Below are positions 25,640 to 37,139 of a DNA stretch of 64,000 nucleotides, piece by piece. The first letter of the stretch is position 1, and every line of letters starts with the position of its first letter. A model generated the notes under the pieces. The model did not search any database, was not told the origin of the DNA, and worked only from the letters and a program-made list of their open reading frames with translations. Origin of the DNA: Bilabrum cf. latius (Eukaryota). The DNA lies in the NCBI GenBank assembly GCA_965178125.1, contig OZ237758.1, forward strand, positions 372,001 to 436,000, in the 5' to 3' direction. Position numbers and translations under genes: made by a program.

Positions 25640-25974
25640 TTGTTCGGGCAGATGCCTCTACGTAAGCTTGCGTACAGTGCCTCTTTGGTAGATTGCGTGT
25701 GGGGTTGAGTCCAGCTGCCAACATTGCTACCACTCTCTGCGACCTGCGCGCGCCGAAGCGACTGCTTGGCCACATGCTCAATGCATGTCGGCCAATCTGG
25801 TGCCTCGCGCGTGCAAGTATCGGGGGTGGCAAGTGCTTGGGCTAGGGTGGTACCTACAGAGGTCAAGACTTTGGGGCAGATGCAAGCATTAGTACAATTG
25901 ATTGTCTTCGTTCGGAAATCTATCGGGAGCGACCATCAACGCAAGCGGGGGTCAAAGGGCCCACACTGTCCACT

Positions 25975-26997
25975 TCAATCGCCCTTCTTGGACTTGCTCT
26001 TAGCGTTGGCAGCCCGCACAGCCGCCTCGATCTTGTCCCAGCTGGCCTCATCCACCAGGTCACCCACCACGTTGAACTCGCCCGCCAGTGCCCTCTTCTC
26101 GCCCCCGTCCACGGCCACCAGCTCGCCGTTGATCCAGGACGCGTAGTCGCTCATGAGGAAACATACCGCATTGGCCAGCTCTTCCTTGGTGCCCAACCGC
26201 CCCGTGGGGTTCCTCCTGGCCAGCGCCTTCTCAAATTTACCCTCGGGGTCTAGCCTGGAAAAGGCACCCTCTGTGGGGATGGGCCCGGGCTGCACGCCCA
26301 CGAACCGCATGCCCTTCCGGCCCCACTCCGCCGCGAGGCTCTTGATCATAGCTTCCACGCCGGCCTTGGCACACGCAGATGGCACCACGAATGCAGATCC
26401 AGTCTCTGCGTAGATTGTCGTGGTGTAGCAAAAGGTGCCTCTCTTCTGCTGCTCCATGAGCGCCTTTGCGCACTCGAGCGTTACGTTGAACGATCCAACA
26501 AGCACCGTGTTCATGATTGCTTGGAAAGCATTAGTGCTGAGCCGCTCTGTAGGAGAGATAAAGTTGCCAGCGGCGTTGTTTACGACCAAGTCAGGGGTGC
26601 GCCCCGGGAATAGAGCGTCGGAGCCGTCGCCTTCCAAGCCCGAGATCATGGAGCGAACGGCAGAACGAACGGCTGATGCGTCGCGAACGTCTAACGAGAT
26701 ACCCTCAACCCTAGATCCAGTCTCCTTTGACATTTCCGCGGCAGTTTCTTTCACTACGTGTTCTCGTCGACCGCAAATAACCACATCAGCGCCCAGGGTC
26801 GCCAGATGCGTCGCCATTTGCCTCCCCAGCCCGCTGCCCCCACCTGTTACAAGTGCAAGCCGTCCATCAAACGTGCCGCTAGGCAGCATCACTGCATTGT
26901 TCGGTGCAAAAGCAGCGTTTGCCGACAAGTATCGTGTGGCTCCGAAACACTTCGCGGCCGCTTGGGCGCCTGCACGACGAATGGATCGAGCAAGCAT
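25975..26997 (-). CDS. DECR1: Mitochondrial-type 2,4-dienoyl-CoA reductase (SDR family)
   Basis: Arg/Ala-rich presequence; motifs TGGGSGLG, NNAAGNFISPTERLS, TTIYAETGSAFVVPSACAKAGVEAM and QPGPIPTEGAFSRLDP; TGA stop. Confidence 0.93.
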   Translation of the reverse strand: MLARSIRRAGAQAAAKCFGATRYLSANAAFAPNNAVMLPSGTFDGRLALVTGGGSGLGRQMATHLATLGADVVICGRREHVVKETAAEMSKETGSRVEGISLDVRDASAVRSAVRSMISGLEGDGSDALFPGRTPDLVVNNAAGNFISPTERLSTNAFQAIMNTVLVGSFNVTLECAKALMEQQKRGTFCYTTTIYAETGSAFVVPSACAKAGVEAMIKSLAAEWGRKGMRFVGVQPGPIPTEGAFSRLDPEGKFEKALARRNPTGRLGTKEELANAVCFLMSDYASWINGELVAVDGGEKRALAGEFNVVGDLVDEASWDKIEAAVRAANAKSKSKKGD

Positions 26998-27166
26998 GAT
27001 CGTTCAGATATATATACAATCAATGCAGGTCACAGCACTCTTGCGAGGGACAATCTCCTTGACTCAAGATGTGCAATTGTGGTCGATTCGGCGGATCTTT
27101 CGGCCGCTCCAGATGATCGTGTGACGAGGAAACTTCACGGGTCAATTGCACAGCACTACGAAGAAA

Positions 27167-27652
27167 ATGTCCACATCGCCAGAATCCGTACGAAAAGCTA
27201 TCAAAAGCACAATCTTGAGGTGCGCTGGGACAGGGCGGGTGGCCACTGGCCAGTGGGCAGAGTACAGACGGACTTTTGGAGCAGAGGAAGTGCAGACCTT
27301 TGCTGGGCTGTCTGGAGACAGAAATCCGGTGCACTTAGACCCCCACTTTGCTTCAAAGACGCAATTTAAGAGGACGATAGTGCATGGTATGCTATACGGG
27401 GGCATGTTTGGCACAATCTTTGGACAGATCGATGGCAGCATCTACGTGTCCCAGTCTTTTAAATTTCGGAAGCCTGTGTATGTCGGAGCTGAAGTGACAG
27501 CGCGACTAGATATCATGTAGACGAAAGAGAGGGGTGCCAAGCAGTTTGTGTCATGCCGCACGCAAATCATTGACGAAGATGGGGATGTTTGCACCGATGG
27601 TGAGGCCGTCGTGATGCTTCCGATTTCAGCCGAGACGGAGGGCAGACATTGA
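27167..27652 (+). CDS. MaoC-like hot-dog dehydratase ((R)-enoyl-CoA hydratase / HTD2-like), 161 aa, 1 in-frame TAG
   Basis: Hydratase motif FAGLSGDRNPVHLDPHFA...IVHGML and YVSQSFKFRKPVYVG. The final strands (VSCRTQIIDEDGDVCTDGEAVVML) lie after the TAG at 27518. TGA stop. Confidence 0.88.
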
Positions 27653-27737
27653 CAGTACCGGCACCCCACGTAGTGAATTGCATGAATGGAACAACACACT
27701 GCAAAGATGCCACGTGATGGCAGCGCATCTCATCTCA

Positions 27738-29024
27738 TCAGAACCGTCCCGGCAGCTAGAGGTACCCGAAGGCTAGCGGCGCCACGTACACGCTCGCGAA
27801 GCCCACCGCGGTGTACGTGACCAATTTCTGTGGGAGTTCGATCTCGTACCGCTCGTCCGGCCCGATCAATCGCCCCTCGCTCACCTTTGAGTTGCTCGCC
27901 TCCTCGGAGCACCTGCTCGAGTCGTCATCTGCGGACCGACTGCCGCTCCTTCCCCTTCCCCAGGCAGTGATGGTGGCGCTGCCGCCCTTGTCCCCATCCC
28001 CTCCATTGTGGTGACCCGCATCCTTCTCTGCTACAGCAGCCCTGCGCTCTCCCAGTAGGGCCACTAGGAGCGGCCTCACCACCGCCTTGACCGCCTCCTT
28101 GGTCCCGATGGCGATGCCGAAGCCCAGCAGTGTCAGCGGGATCGACGCCGCGAGCTCACCGAGGCCCAGGGCCGTGAGCGGCTGGTCAAAGGCAGAGAGC
28201 TGCTGCTCCCTCCGGAGCAAGTATCCGAAGGTGCAGCCGAGCATGACCCCCAGCACAGTCGTGGTGTCACCGGGCGTGGTGATGTAGGCAGGCGTGGCGG
28301 GCCGGGGGATGAGCGCCGTAGCTAGAACAATAATCGCGGTGATGCAGACGGCTGCAATCAACGGGTCACCGTGCAGCACAAATGCGTCGATTGCCGGGTC
28401 CACGGCGGCGAGTTTGAGAGCGAGCATAATCACTCCTAGCACTCCGCCCGCAACCAAATCCATCGGGTAGTGCGCTCCGAAGACCATCCTGCTGTACGGG
28501 CACAGCACGATCCAAGCAATCGACGGGCCGGTGATCCACCAAAAGTCTTCTGAGCTTGCAGTGTGCTGGTACGCATCAACGATGAGCGAGCCTGCCAGCA
28601 CGATGCTATTGCTCGTGTGAGTCGATGGCAGCCCGTACTCCCCCGCATAATGACTGTCGAACACAGCCACCCCCACTTCGGGGCAGGGCCTCGGTAGCTG
28701 TATAGTATCTTTCAGGGCTTGGCCAACATACAGGGCAAAAGCCCATCCTGGAATCAGGTGGCGGCCGATCGCTTGATTAAAACCCCAATGTGACCATGGA
28801 AGGAATGTTATAAACCAGATCTCGTTGCCGAGCTGAGTGGCAGCAAAACAAATCCAGTAGTGAATCAAAGCGAGGAGCGACCAGCTCTTTTCCTTGCCGG
28901 GCGGTGGTATCCCAGCGGCTGACTGCAACTTCCTCAGTGTTGCGGCCCCTGCAACAACAGTAGGGTGCCAGGCCTTCCGAAGTGGCTCGAACGCCCTCGA
29001 CATGTAATAAAACGTGTCCAGCAT
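27738..29024 (-). CDS. PAP2-family sphingosine-1-phosphate phosphatase-like membrane protein
   Basis: PAP2 motifs KDTIQLPRP, EYGLPSTH and SRMVFGAHYPMD. TAG 27756 is read through to tandem TGA TGA at 27738/27735. Confidence 0.85.
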
Positions 29025-29430
29025 CGCCTAGTGGTGTTTCCCCGCAAGAAATCTTCGCGCAAGTGCGCGCAAGAGGGCATCATCAGGAACCCGGATGCGG
29101 CGCCGCGCCGGAGCGGTGACGCCGTCGGCGAGAGCCCACCCCGGGGCCGCGTGCTTGGATTCGATGTGATAAGGCACGAGGAGCACCGGTGCGACGCGAT
29201 GCCATGACGTGCCACGTTACGGCAGAGACAAGGGGCAAGGGAATCGCAGCTTTTAAGTTCCTATTGTGCCGCGGCGGGAAGCAAGTCCAAGTCGTTCCGG
29301 GTCCTTGGTGCCTGCAAATGGCTGGTGTGGTTGCGCCCCCTCCCAGCGGCAATCCGACCAACAGACAATACACCTGGTGCAATTTGCATAGACTTGCTTG
29401 CATACACTCTGTGATGCGAGCCGCAAGGGC

Positions 29431-29577
29431 CAAGGGGTTCACACGAGCAAGGGACGATGCCGGTGTGCGGTGCTAGTAGTACAAGGGGTTCACACGAGCA
29501 AGGGACGATGCCGGTGTGCGGTGCTAGTAGTACAAGGGGTTCACACGAGCAAGGGACGATGCCGGTGTGCGGTGCTA
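29431..29577. repeat. 51-bp minisatellite, ~2.9 copies (intergenic)
   Basis: caaggggttcacacgagcaagggacgatgccggtgtgcggtgctagtagta at 29431, 29482 and 29533. Confidence 0.95.
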
Positions 29578-29780
29578 CTTCTGGGACCGACCGATGGCGG
29601 GTGGCGGCTGTGGCCATGTTCGAGAGAGCAAGAGCCATGCACTACAGGGAATATCCCTGGCAGGCACACAGTGCATACAGAACACAGTGAAATGGAGATC
29701 ATCATGGATTTTGGGTCGCGTCCAGATCGGCTCGCACACAGTGGGTCACAACCCTATTCGGCGCTCGCTCGCCCGCTCAC

Positions 29781-30272
29781 TCAGGACAGATACGCCTACA
29801 TCTCATCCACTGTGATGTTCCCGTCATGGTTTGAGTCGATCTCTTCGAACTTTGACTCAAGGTATTTCTGGTAATCAGCCACAGAGCCAGCTGACGACTT
29901 CTCGTGCACTTGAAGAAGCGCCGCGAAATCTCGCTGCGGGCCGGTCTTTACAGTCTTGGTGCGGTACGCGAAGCAATCCATGATTGCCTGCTTAAACTCA
30001 GCCAGGGATATCTTTCCATCTGCATCCATAGATTACGATGGGATATTGTGGTGACACAGTGATGCTAAAGATGAAGGCGAACCGCTCGCACAGCCTGACC
30101 TATTTGTCTCACCATGATTGGAGTCCATAAACGACTTTGCGAGACTAATAGCACTCTTTCGCATCGTTTTCTTCATTTCATCGATATGGCGGCTTGAAGA
30201 GGTCTTTGCTAGCCAGATAAGTGCAGTCGAGCCAGCAGCGATCGCGGCAAAGGCGAGAAGATCTGACTCCAT
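29781..30272 (-). CDS. Two-EF-hand calcium-binding protein with N-terminal hydrophobic anchor (exons 30272-30113 and 30019-29781)
   Basis: Removing a 93-nt GTGAG...TGCAG intron (30112-30020, contains an in-frame TAA) restores the loop DSNHDGKISLAEF. The second loop is DSNHDGNITVDEM(TAG)AYLS-TGA. An upstream ATG at 30332 is also possible. Confidence 0.8.
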
Positions 30273-30554
30273 CCTGCGAAGAAAGGGTGATCGCATGCTG
30301 TTAGTACGATATTTCCTGCAAAATGGATTCATATGACCCCAACAAAAGATTCATACTCTGAATGTATTCGTCCGTTCTTGTGGGACCGCATGATGGATCC
30401 GTTCTGTCAGTTTTGATTTTAGCTCCGAATAACAGGTATTTTGGTGGCAGTGTTGTGCACAAAATACACTATATTTCTATGTTTCATGTGAAATTTCATG
30501 TTTCGACAGAGGCTTGACACCAAGTACATTGATTTCGTTCCTGTCTGAATCGGT

Positions 30555-32702
30555 ATGGTATCCCTGTTCGACAGCCGCAGGCGGGACGTTGAATGCCAGA
30601 AGACGGATGTCGCGGCCTTTGTCCGAGAGATGCTCCAAATCAGACAAGAACCAAGCCAAGTCACTGAATTGCGCGTATCGGGCGACCTTTCTTCAAAGCC
30701 TGCCATGACTGCAGTTGTGGACCTGCTGGGCGCAAGCACCACCGTGACCGGGCTACACCTGGATGGTACCTGCATCGGGACTGCAGGTGCGCATCAGATT
30801 GCAGCGAGCTTTGCCGAGCTAGGAGATCGCCAGGCCCCGCTTCAATACCTGATCATGTCGCAGAATGCGAGGATCGATACGCCTGGCATTGTGGCGCTGG
30901 CACGAGCAGCCGCCTCCCATCCGACACTCGCAAGTCTCTACCTCTGTGACTGCAGAGTCGGAAACGAGGGCGCGAAAGCTCTTGCGCAAGCATTGACAAG
31001 CTCCACTTCGCTGGTGTCGCTGGTGTTGCAGAAGTGCGGGATCCGCCGAAGCGGAGCCCTGGCTCTTGCAGCCAGCGTTGTGCAGAAGCCCGTCCAGTTT
31101 ATCAACCTGTCCATGAACCCTATCGGCGACGATGCAGCTGCCGCTCTATTGGATGCGATCAGCACTTGCCCGGCTGTAGATGTGGTAGTCTTGGATTTCG
31201 TACGTGGCGGCGACAAGATGGCCGTGTCGCTGGCACGGTGCTTGGGGCCGGACAGCAAGTGCAGGTTGAAAACAGTCAGCATCGAGAACAACAGCATCGG
31301 GCCTACTGGGGTCGATGCACTGTCCCACGCCATTGCTCGCAGTGACAGATTGTCGCGCCTCTATGGCATGTGCGTCGTCCGAACCCTGCAGTCGTACAAG
31401 CAGCTGGAGGCCGCTGTGCAGGCCGTGAGACAGCGGCGACAGCTGGTCGCAAAGACGACCTTCTTGCCAGACCAGGACGATAGATACACTCGGAACGAGC
31501 TTGAGGGCTTCTTTTCCTGGCGCCAGCGGGCCATGGTGCTGCACCGGCGGGCACATGAGGCCAAGAGGGACGCCGGGCGGATGGGGCGGGCCGCGAAGGA
31601 GGGGAGGCCCCTGGAGCTGGGGAAGCGGGCGCGGCTGGGTGTGCTGGGCGGGGGTCTGGATGTGATGGTGGGGGTGTGCGCGGACTGGTCGATACAGAGT
31701 CGGCTGGGCGTGGCAGGGAGCGAGGTGCTGCAGTGCGATGCATTGTGCGCTGCCTGCTTGGGCGGCCACGCTGACTGTGTGGGAGTGCTGCTGGATGCAA
31801 TGGATGGGGCATGTGGCATGCTCGGGGCATTGCGGGAGGGGGCATGGGCGAGGATGGGCGGGGCAGGGGCTTTGTCAGGCTTCAGCTGCGTGGGCCTGTG
31901 CGCGAGGCTGGTGGGTGTGGATGGGTATGAGGGTGTGTGCTTGCGAGTGGGGGCTTGGGTGGGCAGAGTGCGCGGGTAGCTGGATGGGCTTGCGGGTGCC
32001 TGTGTGGGCGTGTGCGATCGTGCGGTGCAGCTGGAGCGGAGGAGGGACAGGCGTCGGGAGGCGATGGGGGCGGACGCGGCTGCCAAGGAGCAGGCGGAGC
32101 TTGACAAGCTCGAGACTGAGACAGCCGCGCATATGAAGGAGGGGGACGATGCGGTGGAGCTGTGGCAGACTATATGCAGCGGTTGCGACTACTGGTACTA
32201 CAAGTGGGAGTAGGTCTTTAGTACGTATTGGGAATGGTCCGATCTGCAGGGCAAGCGGCTGCGTGCAGAGCAGGCCGAGGAAGGGGCGGACGAGGCCGTG
32301 CGTGAGGCGGTGCGTGTGTGGGAGGGCGTGCGGGGGGGGCTGGAGGGACTGAAGCGGGTGCTGGCGAGGCAGCGGGGCTCGGGTGCTGGGGGAGCAGTGG
32401 GATCGGCTGAGAGCGCTGTGGGGCTGGCCGAGTTGGCGCTGGGGAGGGGGGAGGGGGCTGGGCTGCTGGGTTGTGCGATGGAGGGGGTGGGGCGGCATGT
32501 GTCGGGCGAGGCGGTAGACTGGGGCCGCGTGTGGGATGAGGCCAAGGTGGACAGGTGGGCGGTGGGGGTGGGGGTGGATTCAGCTGTGCAAGGGGTGGTG
32601 CGAGAGGTGATGGGTGGGATCAAGGCGGAGGGGGGAGGGCAGGACAATGGAAGCGATGAGAGCGATGGGGAGACGGGCTCTGAGCACAGTACAGATAGCT
32701 AA
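30555..32702 (+). CDS. RI-type LRR protein A, copy 1 (715 aa; ~9 LRRs, ankyrin-like segment, charged helical tail)
   Basis: ~28-aa repeats such as LASLYLCDCRVGNEGAKALAQAL and VQFINLSMNPIGDDAAAALLDAI; ankyrin-like DALCAACLGGHADCVGVLLDA. The frame continues through two TAG (31977, 32211) to TAA. Confidence 0.85.
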
Positions 32703-32870
32703 ACATACCACTGGTCGAGAACCAGTATACCCCAGATGTATTAAGCCTGGTGCCCTGTCTCGCTCTACGCATTTGATCCCAGCTGTTGCGGCGTTCCAGA
32801 GTCCGGGTTCTAGTATCACGCAGAGCGGATGGGGGAACACATAGCTCATGCTCCACACGCATCTCCCCGC

Positions 32871-34670
32871 TCAGGCCGATCTGCCCTCCTCGACCTGCAT
32901 CACTAGCTAGCAGCGTGGTCCCACCCCGTCGATGCAGCCGCTCTTCCTACCTCTCAGCCAGGCCATGTCGCGGTTCCGCCTCTCCGCAAAATGCAGCAGG
33001 CTCACGCCCGTATCCGTGCCTCCGCCTGCGCTCATTTGATCGCCTGACGCGGCCTCCCCATCCTTTGGTGCCTGGTGGCTCTCGGTTTTAACTGGGCCCT
33101 CGCTATCACCGACCCCCTCTTCCTTGCCGATCGCGGCCTCTTTTCCACCACTGCCAGAGCCAGGAGTGGCCTCTTTTCCACCACTGCCAGAGCCAGGAGT
33201 GGCCTCTTTTCCCCCACTGTCAGAGCCAGGGGCGGCCTCTTTTCCACCACTGCCAGAGCCAGGGGCGGCCTCTTTTCCCCCACTGCCAGAGCCAGGGGCG
33301 GCCTCTTTTCCACCACTGCCAGAGCCAGGGGCGGCCTCTTTTCCACCACTGTCAGAGCCAGGGGCGGCCTCTTTTCCACCACTGCCAGAGCCAGGAGTGG
33401 CCTCTTTTCCCCCACTGTCAGAGCCAGGGGCGGCCTCTTTTCCACCACTGCCAGAGCCAGGGGCGGCCTCTTTTCCACCACTGTCAGAGCCAGGGGCGGC
33501 CTCTTTTCCACCACTGCCAGAGCCAGGGGCGGCCTCTTTTCCCCCACTGCCAGAGCCAGGAGTGGCCTCCCTTTCTTCCATGGCCCTCGCTCCCCCTTGT
33601 GCTGCCCCGCCATCTTCGCCCGCGCCGGTCCCGCGTCTAGCCAAACGTGCAGGATTACCATTCAGTATCCCCTCAAGTGAGGACCATGTTCTCCCCTTAT
33701 CGGACGCCAGTGGGAACATGCATGTCAGAGGCTCGCCCTCTGGATGCCACAAGCCAATCTCCACGAAGCACTGCTTGGGGACCGTAGATCTAGCAAGCGG
33801 GGTGAATAAATCAGAGTCAGGAGGGCACGCTTGTATACCCAAAACTGCATTCACACCGTTAGTCACATCCTTTGCTATTTTCTGCAATTCTTGAATCTGC
33901 CTAGAGCCATCCTCCAGCGGATCAGCTTTCCGGCCTGCTGCCGGTGGCATGACGAACTACTCACGAACTCCACTTTCCTCACTGGCAGCCCGCCATGGAT
34001 ACCCTGCCTCGTCTCGTTCTTTGGGTCTGCCCATCTTGAGTAGCGACCCCTTCCCCACTGCTTTGCTTGGATAATTGGAATTGTACTCGTCAACATCTTC
34101 CAGGAACTTCTTGTAGGCTTTCGTTTCGTCCCTGACTAGCAGTGCATGATATGATGACTCAAGGTTTGCAATTGTCTTTGGTTTTGAGCCCGTTGTTCCT
34201 ATTCCTGGTGACAAATCAACGTACAGAGTTGCAGACAGTGGTTGCATCCAGATTTCCAGCAGCTCGCAGTCTGGACCAGGCAGAGTCAATGAGAGATCTT
34301 GCACTATTTCATCGGCACGTCTCATCACTCCCGAATGCGCGTACTCCGCTACGATTTGAGACCCCGGCAAACACGAATATGCTAGCTCTCCACCAGAATC
34401 AGCGCCAGGCTTTCCTGATCGCTTTTCCTTCAGCTATTGTTGGCACTTTAAGGTCACTCTGTCGAATTTCTCGTCTTTGCCTACTTTCAGAGTGTAAGTC
34501 CAGTGTATGCCATCACCACTGCCAGCCGGTCCCGGACGTCGTGTTTTGATAACAAGAAGATACTTGTATACCACGCCGGAGAAGGTCAATGCATTGGCCC
34601 CGTTGTGCTAAAATTGGCAATTCACAATCAAGAAACAGAATAAAAACGCGGTGCGCAGGGCAACCTACAT
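32871..34670 (-). CDS. Partner protein B, copy 1 (599 codons; signal peptide, 13 x EAAPGSGSGGK-type repeat)
   Basis: Begins ATG-TAG-GTT...: M(Q)VALRTAFLFCFLIVNC...GANA|LTF, a signal-peptide-like start. The single frame is broken only by TAG and ends in TGA. A possible in-frame GTGAG..GCAG intron lies at 33005-32895. Confidence 0.72.
33133..33570. repeat. 33-bp coding minisatellite (13 copies) in partner gene B1
   Basis: ggcctcttttccaccactgccagagccaggggc units; 3 copies in B2 and 1 in B3. Confidence 0.95.
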
Positions 34671-34831
34671 CTGATTGGAAACTGAATTGTGCACTACCTG
34701 CCAGTAGTGTTGGTGGCGGTGCAGTGCGTCCCCAAAGTGGGGTCCCCCAAGACCTCTGGCCCCCAATCAACATTTCGGCCAGAACACTCACCAAGTATGT
34801 TGATTTTGTTTCCGTCTGGATTGGTGTCATA

Positions 34832-36973
34832 ATGGTATCCCTGTTCGACAGCCGCAGGCGGGACGTTGAATGCCAGAAGACGGATGTCGCGGCCTTTGTC
34901 CGAGAGATGCTCCAAATCAGACAAGAACCAAGCCAAGTCACTGAATTGCGCGTATCGGGCGATCTTTCTTCAAAGCCTGCCATGACTGCAGTTGTGGACC
35001 TGCTGGGCGCAAGCACCACCATGACCGGGCTACACCTGGATGGTACCTGCATCGGGACTGCAGGTGCGCATCAGATTGCAGCGAGCTTCACCGAGCTAGG
35101 AGATCGCCAGGCCCCGCTTCAATACCTGATCATGTCGCAGAATGCGAGGATCGATACGCCTGGCATTGTGGCTCTGGCGCGAGCAGCCGCCTCCCATCCG
35201 ACACTCGCAAGTCTCTACCTCTGTGACTGTTGAGTCGGAAACGAGGGCGCGAAAGCTCTTGCGCAAGCATTGACAAGCTCCACTTCGCTGGTGTCGCTGG
35301 TGTTGCAGAAGTGCGGGATCCGCCGAAGCGGAGCCCTGGCTCTTGCAGCCAGCGTTGTGCAGAAGCCCGTGCAGTTTATCAACCTGTCCATGAACCCTAT
35401 CGGCGACGATGCAGCTGCCGCTCTATTGGATGCGATCAGCACTTGCCCGGCTGTAGATGTGGCTTCCTTGCGTTGCGTACGTGGCGGCGACAAGATGGCA
35501 GTGTCGCTGGCACGGTGCTTGGGGCCGGACAGCAAGTGCAGGTTGAAAACAGTCAGCATCGAGAACAACAGCATCGGGCCTACTGGGGTCGATGCACTGT
35601 CCCACGCCATTGCTCGCAGTGACAGATTGTCGCGCCTCTATGGCATGTGCGTCGTCCGAACCCTGCAGTCGTACAAGCAGCTGGAGGCCGCTGTGCAGGC
35701 CGTGAGACAGCGGCGGCAGCTGGTCGCAAAGACGACCTTCTTGCCAGACCAGGACGATAGATACACTCGGAACGAGCTTGAGGGCTTCTTTTCCTGGCGC
35801 CAGCGGGCCATGGTGCTGCACCGGCGGGCACACGAGGCCAAGAGGGACGCCGGGCGGATGGGGCGGGCCGCGAAGGAGGGGAGGCCTCTGGAGCTGGGGA
35901 AGCGGGCGCGGCTGGGTGTGCTGGGCGGGGGTCTGGAGGTGATGGTGGGGGTGTGCGCGGACTGGTCGATGCAGAGTCGGCTGGGCGTGGCAGGGAGCGA
36001 GGTGCTGCAGTGCGATGCATTGTGCGCTGCCTGCTTGGGCGGCCACGCTGACTGTGTGGGAGTGCTGCTGGATGCAATGGATGGGGCATGTGGCATGCTC
36101 GGGGCATTGCGGGAGGGGGCATGGGCGAGGATGGGCGGGGCAGGGGCTTTGTCAGGCTTCAGCTGCGTGGGCCTGTGCGCGAGGCTGGTGGGTGTGGATG
36201 GGTATGAGGGTGTGTGCTTGCGAGTGGGGGCTTGGGTGGGCAGAGTGCGCGGGTAGCTGGATGGGCTTGCGGGTGCCTGTGTGGGCGTGTGCGATCGTGC
36301 GGTGCAGCTGGAGCGGAGGAGGGACAGGCGTCGGGAGGCGATGGGGGCGGACGCGGCTGCCAAGGAGCAGGCGGAGCTTGACAAGCTCGAGACTGAGACA
36401 GCCGCGCATATGAAGGAGGGGGACGATGCGGTGGAGCTGTGGCAGACTATATGCAGCGGTTGCGACTACTGGTACTACAAGTGGGAGTAGGTCTTTAGTA
36501 CGTATTGGGAATGGTCAGATCTGCAGGGCAAGCGGCTGCGTGCAGAGCAGGCCGAGGAAGGGGCGGACGAGGCCGTGCGTGAGGCGGTGCGTGTGTGGGA
36601 GGGCGTGCGGGGGGGGCTGGAGGGACTGAAGCGGGTGCTGGCGAGGCAGCGGGGCTCGGGTGCTGGGGGGGCAGTGGGTTCGGCTGAGAGCGCTGTGGGG
36701 CTGGCCGAGTTGGCGCTGGGGAGGGGGGAGGGGGCTGGGCTGCTGGGTTGTGCGATGGAAGGGGTGGGGCGGCATGTGTCGGGCGAGGCGGTAGACTGGG
36801 GCCGCGTGTGGGATGAGGCCAAGGTGGACAGGTGGGCGGTGGGGGTGGATTCAGATGTGCAGGGGGTGGTGCGAGAGGTGATGGGTGGGATCAAGGCGGA
36901 GGGGGGAGGGCAGGACGATGGAAGCGATGAGAGCGATGGGGAGACGGGCTCTGAGCACAGTACAAATAGCTAA
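34832..36973 (+). pseudogene. LRR gene A, copy 2, premature TGA
   Basis: gac tgt TGA gtc at 35231 where all other copies read gac tgc AGA gtc. Confidence 0.8.
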
Positions 36974-37139
36974 ACATCCCACAGGTCGAGAACCAGTATA
37001 CCCCAGATGGATTAAGCCTGGTGCCCTGTCTCGCTCTACGCATTTGATCCCAGCGGTTGCGGCGTTCCAGAGTCCGGGTTCTAGTATCACGCAGAGCGGA
37101 TGGGAACACATAGCTCATGCTCCACACGCATCTCCCCGC

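Noticed and set aside
29431-29577. 51-bp repeat as coding (17-aa repeat ORFs on both strands)
   Set aside because: It lies between the PAP2 gene start and the EF-hand gene end, and the ORFs are short with no domain. Treated as an intergenic minisatellite.
34608-34610. TAG in B1 aligned to TGG (Trp) in B2/B3, suggesting TAG=Trp or A-to-I editing
   Set aside because: It is a single transition in a variable signal-peptide position. Conserved-site evidence in the sugar porter favours Gln. RNA data would be needed to exclude editing fully.
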